Both the position numbers and the translations under genes were made by a program. A stretch of DNA of 64,000 nt from Syntrophorhabdaceae bacterium. Lineage in GTDB: Bacteria; Desulfobacterota; Syntrophorhabdia; Syntrophorhabdales; Syntrophorhabdaceae. The first letter of the stretch is position 1. Every line of letters begins with the position of its first letter. The notes beneath the pieces were generated by a model that made no database searches, was not told the origin of the DNA, and saw only the letters and a program-made list of their open reading frames with translations. Where the stretch lies: positions 992,001 through 1,056,000 of the forward strand of contig CAXXUO010000001.1 in NCBI GenBank assembly GCA_963666485.2, written 5' to 3'. Below, one piece after another: positions 10,340 to 18,962 of this stretch.

Positions 10340-10425
10340 TTCCCCCTTCTCCCCGTCATCATCCCGGATCTTCAGATACATACAAGCAACTATTATTTAT
10401 ATAAGGAAATCTGCTTCCGTTCCTT

Positions 10426-11211
10426 TTACTGTAAATCCCATCCCGATACGGAAAACGGGCTGGATGCAGTAGCTGCCGGCCTTTCCTTCGCATGCCGCAT
10501 TCTATACCAGATCATGCCTGCCCCGACGACACCGACGACAAGAATGATCTGGACCGAGTACCGGGTGAACGCTCCCGGCGCGTGCATCATCCTCAGGGTA
10601 AAGGGGTCGGCAAGGATCATCTCTGCCGCGACCTTTCCGAGGATGCCCGAGCCTATATACGTAATGACCGGGAACCGGCCCATGAGCCTCGATATCAGCC
10701 CGCTGCCGAAAGCAACGATCGGCAGGCTCAGGGCAAGGCCCAGAAAAAGAAGTGCCGGGTTGCCCTTGCTCGCCCCTGCAACTGCGATCACGTTGTCGCC
10801 GCTCATGGCAAGGTCTGCAAGCACCATCATGCCGATCACTTTCCAGAATCCGCCGGACGCCGCCTTCTCCTCCTGTTCCGGACCGTTGTCCAAGAGCAGT
10901 TTGACAGCGATACCCAGTATTAAGGCGCCGCCTATAAGCTTCATGTACGGTACCGCAAGAAGCATGGCCGCGCAGTAGGTCAAAAGGACCCGGACGAGTA
11001 TTGCCGCGATCGTACCGAAGACGATCCCCTGGATCCGCCTTTTTTGCGAAAGGGAACGGGTGGCGAGGGCAATGACAATGGCGTTATCGCCCGACAGGAT
11101 GAGATTGGCCATGATGACTGTGCAAAAGTCGACAATGAACCCGCCGCTCAAGTATGCACCGATGAAATCGGCTGCGCCTGTTATGTTTGCTGCGGCTAAA
11201 AACCCGGCCAT
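10426..11211 (-). CDS. TerC family (YjbE-like) membrane protein
   Basis: LSGDNAIVIA and ADLAMSGDNVIAVAG motifs; start placed at ATG 11211 after AGGAGG. Confidence 0.88.
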   Translation of the reverse strand: MAGFLAAANITGAADFIGAYLSGGFIVDFCTVIMANLILSGDNAIVIALATRSLSQKRRIQGIVFGTIAAILVRVLLTYCAAMLLAVPYMKLIGGALILGIAVKLLLDNGPEQEEKAASGGFWKVIGMMVLADLAMSGDNVIAVAGASKGNPALLFLGLALSLPIVAFGSGLISRLMGRFPVITYIGSGILGKVAAEMILADPFTLRMMHAPGAFTRYSVQIILVVGVVGAGMIWYRMRHAKERPAATASSPFSVSGWDLQ

Positions 11212-11318
11212 CGTGACCCATCCTCCTCTTGTGCTTGTATCTAATATAGCCGGTTCGCCTGAAGCAGGAAATCGGGATTTCCCTGAATTAGAGGGGGGAA
11301 ATCCCTGATATGGGGGGA

Positions 11319-11346
11319 GGCTAAAGGCTAAAGGCAAAAGGCTAAA
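11319..11346 (+). repeat. (GGCTAAA)x4, one unit GGCAAAA; inverted partner of the 11454 array
   Basis: Read directly from the sequence. Confidence 0.85.
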
Positions 11347-11453
11347 GGTATTCAGAGGGAACGACGTGATGATCCTAACCATATGTATTTATTCGTGATT
11401 ATAGTTTGAATCCTTCGAATTAGTTAGAGTTGCGATGAAAAACGGAAATGTTT

Positions 11454-11537
11454 TTTAGCCTTTAGCCTTTAGCCTTTAGCCTTTAGCCTTTAGCCTTTAG
11501 CCTTTAGCCTTTAGCCTTTAGCCTTTAGCCTTTAGCC
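11454..11537 (+). repeat. Perfect tandem repeat (TTTAGCC)x12
   Basis: 84 bp of perfect 7-mer, abutting the TAA stop of the minus-strand regulator. Confidence 0.97.
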
Positions 11538-12185
11538 TTACAAAGACGTCAACCCTTCCCTGATAGCATATTTGGTAAGTTCCGCCACGGTGCGGATCTC
11601 CAGCTTATCCATGATCTGCTGTCGGTGGGTTTCGACCGTCTTCACGCTGAGGTTCAGTGTGGCGGCTATCTGCTTCGTGCTTTTGCCCTCCGCAAGAAGC
11701 TGGAGGACCTCGCGTTCCCGGCCGGTAAGGACCGTGAATACGGTTGATTCACTTTTGGGGAGGTTATAGAGGTATTCCTTGACGACAATATCGGTTATCC
11801 GGGGACTCAAGTACGATTGGCCGGACATCACGGTGTGGACTGCGTTGACGAGCTCCTCAAAGGCGCTGTCCTTGAGAAGATAGCCGGAGGCGCCCGCTTT
11901 GAGCATTTCGAGCACAAACCTGCGGTCGGAATGCATGGAAAGCGCTATTATCTTTATCTCCTTGTTCTCCGAGATGATCTGGCGGGTCGCATCGATACCG
12001 TTCATTTCAGGCATGCCGATATCCATAATGATGACCTGGGGCGTCAGCTTGCGGGCGAGCTTTGTCACGCTCAGCCCGTCCTGGGCCTCGGCGGCCACTT
12101 CCATGTCGGGCTGCTTTTCAATGAGGGCCTTGAGGCCTTCGCGCATGATCTTGTGGTCGTCGGCAATGACTATCTTTGTTTTCAA
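11538..12185 (-). CDS. NarL/LuxR family response regulator
   Basis: IADDH, MDIGMP, GYLLK and a LuxR HTH (LTGREREVLQLLAEGKSTKQIA...KTVETHR). Confidence 0.95.
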   Translation of the reverse strand: MKTKIVIADDHKIMREGLKALIEKQPDMEVAAEAQDGLSVTKLARKLTPQVIIMDIGMPEMNGIDATRQIISENKEIKIIALSMHSDRRFVLEMLKAGASGYLLKDSAFEELVNAVHTVMSGQSYLSPRITDIVVKEYLYNLPKSESTVFTVLTGREREVLQLLAEGKSTKQIAATLNLSVKTVETHRQQIMDKLEIRTVAELTKYAIREGLTSL

Positions 12186-14257
12186 CGAATGCCTCCCTCG
12201 CGTTTAAGCGGTGCCTGCAGTATGATGCGCGTTCCCCTGCCTACACCTGAACGGACGTCCATGTGGCCGCCCAGGGAATGAAGCCTTTCCCGAATGCTGA
12301 ACAGGCCATAGCCGCGCGCTTCGGCCAGGTGGTAGCTTTTTTTCGATGCATTGAAGCCGGTTCCGTCATCCGCTACATGTATTGAGATATTATCCTCGAT
12401 ACGCCGTATCGTAAGCTTCACTTTTTTTGCTCCTGAATGTTTTACGACGTTGACGAGCAATTCTCGGACGGCGGTAAAGAGAACGACCCGTATATCATCG
12501 CTAATCGGTTTCGGCAGGTTGTCGCTTACGAATTCCCGGGCAATCGCGTTCTGCTCCTCGACCTGTTCCGTAAGCCATTCCAGCGCGGCCTCGAGACCGA
12601 GGTCGTACAGGATGGGCGGACTCAACTCGAACGTGAGCGTTCTTCCGTAATGAATGGCCTGCCCGATAAGCTCCCGTATTTCGTTTAACTCCCTCTGCGC
12701 GGATACATCTGAAATGGTGCTCTCTATCAATCCGAGCTTCATCTTTGCGGTGGCATGGAGTTGGCCGATATGGTCGTGCAGCAGGGAGGCAATTCTTCGT
12801 CTCTCGCGTTCCTCGGCCAGTGTCAATTCGGATGCAAGCGAGCGGAGCTGGGTTTGATATTGCTCAATTTTCTTTTCTGCCTGCTTGCTCTCTGTTATAT
12901 CTTCCACCGTACCTTCATAGTAGATCGTCTTACCCTCGGCGTCGCGGATGGCGCGCGCATTTTCCCTGACATGCATGACCGTTCCGTTCGAACCGATCCT
13001 CCATTTGGCCTCTAAGCCGCGGACGCGACCATCGCGTTCCAGCTTGTCCTTGATCTTCTTGCCGAGATACGTCGGCTCGCAGCTTTTTCTGAATGATTTG
13101 ACCGCGTAAAATTCATCAAACGATGAAAAGCCCATCATCCGTATCAGGGTGGGGTTTGCCATGAGGATCTTGCCCTCAGGGTTCGTGCGGTAAATGCCCA
13201 TCGGGGAATTCTCGAACAGGTTCTTATACCTCTCGGCGCCCCTCCTGAGCATCTCCTCAACCTGCTGGCGGCGCTTGAGCTCCTGCACAAGGCGCGAATT
13301 GGCCTTGAGGAGTTCGCTCGTCCGCTCGACGACCCGCCGCTCCAGTTCTTCCTTGGATTTTTGCAGGATGTTCTCCGCCATCTTGCGCTGGGTAATATCA
13401 TTATCAATCTGGAGAATGGCGACAGGGTTTCCCTTTTTATCTGTCCGCAATTTCCACTTGCTATCGACTATTATTTCGCCTCCGTCTTTTTTCCTGTGAA
13501 TCAGCTCGCCTTCCCATTTTCCGTCTGCAAGGAAGGACTTCGTGATGCTCGACAGGCTTTCAGGGTACTCCGTTCTCAGCAGCATTTCTATGGGGCGTCC
13601 CAGGGCCTCCTTGTTCGCATAGCCGAACTTCTGCTCGGCCCCCTTGTTCCAGAATATTATGCGGTCTTTCATATCCCGGACCATGATCGCATCCTCGGCT
13701 ATGTCGATGATCTCTGCCTGGTCACGGAGCGTTGCCGCCTGGCTTTCCAGTTCATGTTGGGCCCGCAGGCGTTCCGTCACGTCCCGGACATTTACCATGA
13801 TGAATTGCTCACCTTTATAACGGATAAGCGACGATGTGATCTCGACATCGGTCAGCGAACCATCCTTCCGCCGGTACTGGCGCAAACCCGAGACCGGTTC
13901 CGAATGGCGGAGAACGTGGGTGATGTTCTCGATAATGTCCCTTTCGTTCATCGCGATGATGTCCGGGAGGGTGACCCCGGTTATTTCCTTCTCCGTGTAC
14001 CCCATCATCTGCAGGAAACTGGTGTTGGCTTCGAGTAGTTTTAATGTCGTCGGGTTGAACAGGAAGACGCCATCCGAAGAATGACGCACGAGAAGCCTGT
14101 ATTTTGCCTCGCTATATTCCAGGGCTTTTTCGACGGACTTGAATTCCTCGATCGATGCTTCAAGAAGTGCGGCCGCCTGTTTGACGGCTTCCACCTTGTC
14201 GGCGAGGTCCATACCGACAGGCCGTTTTGCTGACTTGATCTTAGATTTTGTCTTCAT
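12182..14257 (-). CDS. Multi-PAS sensor histidine kinase (HisKA_3 type)
   Basis: Three PAS/PAC repeats, ERRRIASLLHD, ELLVNVVKHS, DDGTGF, GLFSIRER. Confidence 0.93.
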   Translation of the reverse strand: MKTKSKIKSAKRPVGMDLADKVEAVKQAAALLEASIEEFKSVEKALEYSEAKYRLLVRHSSDGVFLFNPTTLKLLEANTSFLQMMGYTEKEITGVTLPDIIAMNERDIIENITHVLRHSEPVSGLRQYRRKDGSLTDVEITSSLIRYKGEQFIMVNVRDVTERLRAQHELESQAATLRDQAEIIDIAEDAIMVRDMKDRIIFWNKGAEQKFGYANKEALGRPIEMLLRTEYPESLSSITKSFLADGKWEGELIHRKKDGGEIIVDSKWKLRTDKKGNPVAILQIDNDITQRKMAENILQKSKEELERRVVERTSELLKANSRLVQELKRRQQVEEMLRRGAERYKNLFENSPMGIYRTNPEGKILMANPTLIRMMGFSSFDEFYAVKSFRKSCEPTYLGKKIKDKLERDGRVRGLEAKWRIGSNGTVMHVRENARAIRDAEGKTIYYEGTVEDITESKQAEKKIEQYQTQLRSLASELTLAEERERRRIASLLHDHIGQLHATAKMKLGLIESTISDVSAQRELNEIRELIGQAIHYGRTLTFELSPPILYDLGLEAALEWLTEQVEEQNAIAREFVSDNLPKPISDDIRVVLFTAVRELLVNVVKHSGAKKVKLTIRRIEDNISIHVADDGTGFNASKKSYHLAEARGYGLFSIRERLHSLGGHMDVRSGVGRGTRIILQAPLKREGGIR

Positions 14258-14329
14258 AATATAGGGATACCTGGCGGGTCCTTTCCCGGGTTGCCTGCAG
14301 CCACGCCGTGCCGGGATTTCCCGGCCGGA

Positions 14330-14345
14330 TGTTGCACGTGAAACA
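14330..14345. other. parS centromere-like site
   Basis: TGTTGCACGTGAAACA, one mismatch to consensus TGTTTCACGTGAAACA; intergenic and origin-proximal. Confidence 0.85.
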
Positions 14346-14350
14346 TTTTC

Positions 14351-14833
14351 TCAGGCTTTTAGTTTCTTGGCCAGTGCCGCAACTCTCGCCCCGAGTTTCC
14401 GTGCATTTCCCAGTGTTTTATCGTCTGGTGTACCCGTACAGGATACACCGTAATGGCCGGTAGCATCAAGCGGGTCCCCCACGATGATCATGCCGTAAAT
14501 CATGAGGGCCTGGATGATCGAGAACATCGTTGTTTCCTTGCCGCCGGACTGATCGCCCGACGTAGTAAACGCGGCGCCTATCTTGTCGCCCATTTTCTGC
14601 CGTACCGTGACAAAGCGGTCAAAAACGTCCTTAAGTTGCGACGCCATACCGCCAAAATAGACCGGTGAACCCGCTATTACGCCTTCCGAATTAAGAAAAT
14701 CTTCCTTGGCGACCTCGTCCGTGCTTTTCAGGACCGCCTCAACACCACCGGCGGACCGCACACCCTCGGCGATGGCGTCGGCAAGTTTCTTCGTATTGCC
14801 CGATCGTGAAAAATAAAGTACCAGTACCTGCAT
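14351..14833 (-). CDS. WrbA-like flavodoxin-fold NAD(P)H oxidoreductase
   Basis: YFSRSGNTKKLA, GSPVYFG, GAAFTTSG, GGKETT. Confidence 0.88.
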   Translation of the reverse strand: MQVLVLYFSRSGNTKKLADAIAEGVRSAGGVEAVLKSTDEVAKEDFLNSEGVIAGSPVYFGGMASQLKDVFDRFVTVRQKMGDKIGAAFTTSGDQSGGKETTMFSIIQALMIYGMIIVGDPLDATGHYGVSCTGTPDDKTLGNARKLGARVAALAKKLKA

Positions 14834-14896
14834 TCCTTCCTCCCTTGTTCAGTTCGCCGGTCTCAGGGAAAGGGACCCTTCCCCCCGAGACCCCGT

Positions 14897-15337
14897 TCAA
14901 GACTCGGTGAAGCGGCCGAGTAATGTTATGCGCGTGTTTCCGGCATTCCAGGTGTAGCTATACCTTTCTCCCGGGACCTGCTCGCCATTTCCATAGCGCT
15001 TCATGGCCTCGTCCTTCAAAAGCAGGTACTGCAGCATTGAATCTACCTTGAGGGTAACCAGCGCAAGGCGCCCGTTCTTGAACCCATACGCAATCCCGGC
15101 AAGTCTTGCCCGGCCAAAGTGTGCCGCAGCCAAAGGCTTTTCATAGAGCATATCGCCCGTCTCGTCCCGTCCCACATACGTCAGGGCACCCATCTGCTCC
15201 ATCGGCGTGCCCCACGCATAGCCGCTAAATCCCTCGGGTTCCCCCGGTTGCGCCATTGCGTCGCCGCCGATAATCCCGAAAATAACGACCAGAAAAATAC
15301 AAACGATCAACCGGTTTTTTAACTGCTTAACCTTCAT
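14897..15337 (-). CDS. Hypothetical exported protein
   Basis: GGAGG Shine-Dalgarno before ATG 15337; signal-peptide-like N-terminus ending in AMA; overlaps the hpt stop. Confidence 0.6.
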   Translation of the reverse strand: MKVKQLKNRLIVCIFLVVIFGIIGGDAMAQPGEPEGFSGYAWGTPMEQMGALTYVGRDETGDMLYEKPLAAAHFGRARLAGIAYGFKNGRLALVTLKVDSMLQYLLLKDEAMKRYGNGEQVPGERYSYTWNAGNTRITLLGRFTES

Positions 15338-15854
15338 TTTCCTCCACCACCACGCAAATATCCGGACGATTCCTGTGGTACTCCGCGTAATCGATCCCAT
15401 AACCCACCACGAAACCGTCTTCAATTGTAAATCCGACATAATCCCCTTCGATCTGAACTTCCCGCCGGCACCTCTTGTCGATCAACGCACAGATCTTCAA
15501 GGCCTTCGGGTTGCGGGTAAGCAGCATTTCCTTGACCCTCGTCAGCGTCAGGCCGGAATCGATTATATCTTCGACGATTATGACGTTCTTGTTCTCAATG
15601 TCTTCCTCCAGGTCCTTAATGATCTCGACATTCCCCCGCGTTGTCATCTGGTTCCCGTACGAGGAGACACGCATGAAATCGATCCGGGACGGGTTTTTCA
15701 CCCGCCGAACCAGGTCGGACGTGAACATGAAGGATCCCTTGAGCAGGCACACGAAAAGGATCTCCTCCCCGTCCGGGAAATCATTCTCGATACGTCGACC
15801 GAGGTCCTTCACCGCGCTTGCGATATCCTGCTCCGAAAAAAGCGTCCTTAGCAT
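15327..15854 (-). CDS. hpt: Hypoxanthine phosphoribosyltransferase
   Basis: LLKGS, VSSYG, VEDIIDSGLT PRPP motif, FVVGYGIDY. Confidence 0.95.
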   Translation of the reverse strand: MLRTLFSEQDIASAVKDLGRRIENDFPDGEEILFVCLLKGSFMFTSDLVRRVKNPSRIDFMRVSSYGNQMTTRGNVEIIKDLEEDIENKNVIIVEDIIDSGLTLTRVKEMLLTRNPKALKICALIDKRCRREVQIEGDYVGFTIEDGFVVGYGIDYAEYHRNRPDICVVVEENEG

Positions 15855-15867
15855 GGCACCCCTTTCC

Positions 15868-16524
15868 TCACAGGGCATGGCGCAGAACGAGGATCTGCCC
15901 GAGCGAACCGATGTTGGCCCGCGTGACCTCGATCTCGTCGGACCCCGCCTCCTTAACGCCCGCCTTGCCGCTGGTAAACTCGCTTACAGGGGCAATGGGA
16001 AAATCACACTTCTCCGTCTTGAAGTGCATCGGGATCATAACGACAGGCCCGACATCGCTGGCGACCTTCGTTGCTTCTGCGGGATCGATCGTATAAAAAC
16101 CGCCCACAGGCGCGAGCAGTACGTCGACCCGACCTATTTTTTCCAGAACGTCTTTCTCCAGAACGTGACCTAAGTCCCCCAGATGGGCTATGCGCAGACC
16201 ATCCGCCTCTATGACGAAAATGATATTCTGTCCCCGCTCTTTTCCGCCTGACTGGTCATGGAAGGTGGGTATGCCCTGCACGAACACCCCCGCCTCCTTG
16301 TGATCGCCCGGCGTTTTGATCAATCTAAACTCTCCTTTAATGTCCCCCACATAATTATGATCATCGTGGTCATGGCTTGACAGCACGATGTCGGCCTCTT
16401 CCGCTATCTTCCCGTACGCAAGCGCTCCCCCGAATGCACCCGACTGATACGGGTCAATAATGATCCTCGTCCCGCTTTCCGTCCTTATAAGAAAGGCAGA
16501 ATGCCCGTACCATTTTATCTTCAT
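15868..16524 (-). CDS. MBL-fold metallo-hydrolase (UPF0173-like)
   Basis: WYGHSAF, IIDPY, SHDHDDH, HLGDLGH, IPMHF. Confidence 0.88.
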   Translation of the reverse strand: MKIKWYGHSAFLIRTESGTRIIIDPYQSGAFGGALAYGKIAEEADIVLSSHDHDDHNYVGDIKGEFRLIKTPGDHKEAGVFVQGIPTFHDQSGGKERGQNIIFVIEADGLRIAHLGDLGHVLEKDVLEKIGRVDVLLAPVGGFYTIDPAEATKVASDVGPVVMIPMHFKTEKCDFPIAPVSEFTSGKAGVKEAGSDEIEVTRANIGSLGQILVLRHAL

Positions 16525-16706
16525 GCTGTCCTCCCTTTTTCCCTTGATATTACAACGAGTTTGCCTTACTGTCAAGGATGCCTCGGCCATCTTGCCTACC
16601 CGGCGCGCATCCCATCGCACCCACGTTGTGAACCCTCCATAATAACGGAGCATTGCGACTCGACCCTTGTATCCTGCGGATCTTTCGCGTAATCTATTTT
16701 ATACCT

Positions 16707-16734
16707 CGTCAGCCGTAAAACGGGAGACGTAAGA
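16707..16734 (+). repeat. Degenerate heptamer array, CGTAA type
   Basis: CGTCAGC CGTAAAA CGGGAGA CGTAAGA, with a partial inverted arm TCTCACGTTT near 16780. Confidence 0.5.
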
Positions 16735-16830
16735 AGTTTAACAAACCTGGAGTCGCGAAACCTGTTTCAAAAAACGCTCTCTCACGTTTCATTTCTTCTA
16801 TTTTGGGATTCTTATCAAAAGGAGAACGAC

Positions 16831-17520
16831 ATGGGAACCAAGGAAATCCACGATGGAATTTACCTGATAGGCAGCTCCGACATTACGGATGCAAAGGATT
16901 GCTGCGTCTACCTTTTGAACCTCGGGGGCGAACTCCTCCTGATGGACGCGGGCGCAGGTTCAAGCGTCAACGCCATCACCGCCAACATCGACAGGCTCGG
17001 TTTCAAATCCGTCCCTCTTTCCACGATCGTCCTCACACACTGCCACATCGATCACGTCGGCGGGGCGGCCGCCCTCCAGCAAAAATACGGCGCAAAGCTC
17101 GTCATGCACAGCCTGGATGCCGCTCCCCTCGAGAACGGGGACCAGCGCATGACCGCCGCATACTGGTATGGGGTGAAATTTCAGCCCCTCTCCATCGATG
17201 TCAAATTCTCAGGACAGCAACACACGCTTTCCGTAGGCCCTCATGAATTGACCCTCCTCCATACCCCCGGGCACACGCCCGGTTCGATCTCGGCCTATAT
17301 CGACAAGTCCGGGAAGCGCGTCCTCTTCGGCCAGGACATACACGGACCCTTCCTCGCAGACTTCGGCGCCAACATGAAGGACTGGACAAATTCGATGAAA
17401 CTGCTCCTGTCCCTCAACGCCGACATCCTTTGCGAGGGTCATTTCGGGATCTACCCGTCGAACAAGAAATTAACGGCGTATATCGAACGGTACCTGGAAG
17501 AATACGGAGACGAGGGGTAA
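16831..17520 (+). CDS. MBL-fold metallo-hydrolase (glyoxalase II-like)
   Basis: THCHIDHVGG, HTPGHTPGS, CEGH. Confidence 0.9.
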   Translation: MGTKEIHDGIYLIGSSDITDAKDCCVYLLNLGGELLLMDAGAGSSVNAITANIDRLGFKSVPLSTIVLTHCHIDHVGGAAALQQKYGAKLVMHSLDAAPLENGDQRMTAAYWYGVKFQPLSIDVKFSGQQHTLSVGPHELTLLHTPGHTPGSISAYIDKSGKRVLFGQDIHGPFLADFGANMKDWTNSMKLLLSLNADILCEGHFGIYPSNKKLTAYIERYLEEYGDEG

Positions 17521-17596
17521 TGGATAATAATTTCTGGGTTATGGGTCGGGGACGGGTTTTTCCTATTACCCATAACCCCGCACCTGTTGCCTGTTT
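17515..17596. repeat. Inverted pair of degenerate heptamer arrays (GGGTAAT / ATTACCC type)
   Basis: GGGTAAT GGATAAT..GGGTTAT GGGTCGG followed by CCTATTA CCCATAA CCCCGCA CCTGTTG; the first unit contains the TAA stop. Confidence 0.55.
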
Positions 17597-17601
17597 TTTA
17601 C

Positions 17602-17617
17602 TGTTTCACGTGCAACA
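17602..17617. other. parS centromere-like site
   Basis: TGTTTCACGTGCAACA, the exact reverse complement of the 14330 site. Confidence 0.85.
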
Positions 17618-17667
17618 TTTCTGTCTTTTATCAGTGATTACGATATGTTAGAAATATCTTGATCCGC

Positions 17668-18348
17668 TTACCGCGCCAGTTCCGTATCCTTGTAGCGCAT
17701 TTCCCTTTCAATGTCCCGGATCTTTCGCGCAAGAATGTTCTTGACCTGAACTTCCATGTCAGCAAACTGAACGGAGGCCATGGCGATCGTCTTCCGTATC
17801 CTGTCGTTTTCCGGTTCCCACACCCGCAAGACCCGGCCCTTGACCGAATATGCCGTTGAATCCATCACGATCGTCAACGTGACGTCATCGCCCGTGTTGA
17901 GCGCCTGCGATCTCTCGTAACTGAACCGTGCTCCCCCGATAGATACATCGATCAGGTTGACCGGCTTGCCGCGGATGGAGATTGTAAGTCCGCAGCTTCC
18001 CGGGGGCTCCAGCCTGAAGAACATTCTCAGGTTATACTCCTCGGCGTCCCCTGCCTGCCGCAAGGCCAGGGCCTGGACGGTGACAGAGGGGTTGAGTTCG
18101 TAATCGGAGATAAACCCTGCGATCACCGCCGGAAACCCCATGCGCGTCATCTCTCTGCCCGACCTGTCGAGAAAGGTGACGAATATCTCCTGCCCCAGGC
18201 GCGTGCGCGATATGGGGGGATCGGTCTGCGCCGCGATCAGGACATCATCCCTTACCTCGTGGACGACCGAATTGCCGACGTCGATCGTTTCCCTCATATG
18301 ATCGACATTGATGACTATGTTAATGTTCGTTCCCGGCCTGATTTTCAT
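17668..18348 (-). CDS. PilZ-domain protein (YcgR-like two-domain architecture)
   Basis: RMFFR and DVSIGG c-di-GMP-binding motifs in the C-terminal domain. Confidence 0.8.
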   Translation of the reverse strand: MKIRPGTNINIVINVDHMRETIDVGNSVVHEVRDDVLIAAQTDPPISRTRLGQEIFVTFLDRSGREMTRMGFPAVIAGFISDYELNPSVTVQALALRQAGDAEEYNLRMFFRLEPPGSCGLTISIRGKPVNLIDVSIGGARFSYERSQALNTGDDVTLTIVMDSTAYSVKGRVLRVWEPENDRIRKTIAMASVQFADMEVQVKNILARKIRDIEREMRYKDTELAR

Positions 18349-18709
18349 TTGCTTTCCTGGCCCATCTCATGAACGGGTATGCCGCTATGACGAGGACCAT
18401 GGTCACCTCGCCGGTCCGGTTCTCCAGGGCATGAGGCTCGCCCGCGGGTATCCACACGGAGTCCCCTTCTTTCACTTCGCGGACCTCGTCACCCACCTTC
18501 ATATGCCCGGCGCCCCTGTAAATATGGTATATCTCCTCCACGGGGTCGATATGTTCCTCTATGACCTTGCCCGGCTGCAGCGTCGCGTATGCAAGGAACT
18601 CGATCCCTTCCATAACCCGGCTCGTCAGGATCATCCACGCATCCGCACCCCCATGCGCCCTGTATTGCGTCCGTAGTACTTCAGGATCGTTAAAATGTCT
18701 GACTATCAT
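18320..18709 (-). CDS. Cupin domain protein
   Basis: EHIDPVEEIYHIYRG and GDSVWIPAGEPH; start could be 18709 or 18724. Confidence 0.85.
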   Translation of the reverse strand: MIVRHFNDPEVLRTQYRAHGGADAWMILTSRVMEGIEFLAYATLQPGKVIEEHIDPVEEIYHIYRGAGHMKVGDEVREVKEGDSVWIPAGEPHALENRTGEVTMVLVIAAYPFMRWARKANENQAGNEH

Positions 18710-18845
18710 ATCTCCACCCGTCATTATAATATCGGCAATTTTGCGCGCCCGAAAAGACCTGGCACGTTTCTACCACTTTTTCCCCAATAACTCCGAGGAG
18801 TTGCCAAGGACTGGATCATGCGGCCGATCCCCCCGGGACTTTTCC

Positions 18846-18935
18846 ATTATGAAGAGATATCCCCCCGGTTGTCAATGTTTTTCGCGGGTACCGGGGCCGG
18901 CCTCATTGACACGTCCGTTCCGATTTTGATAGAGT
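18846..18935. promoter_or_regulatory. Back-to-back sigma70 promoters
   Basis: Minus strand TTGACA(18875)-18-CATAAT; plus strand TTGACA(18906)-18-TAGAGT. Confidence 0.55.
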
Positions 18936-18962
18936 TCCATAGCCTTTCAGGACAAGGTGCCC

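Noticed and set aside
11454..11537. Tandem arrays as CRISPR or telomere-like sequence
   Set aside because: There are no spacers and no cas genes. The resemblance of TTAGCC to telomeric hexamers has no other support, and the arrays are internal.
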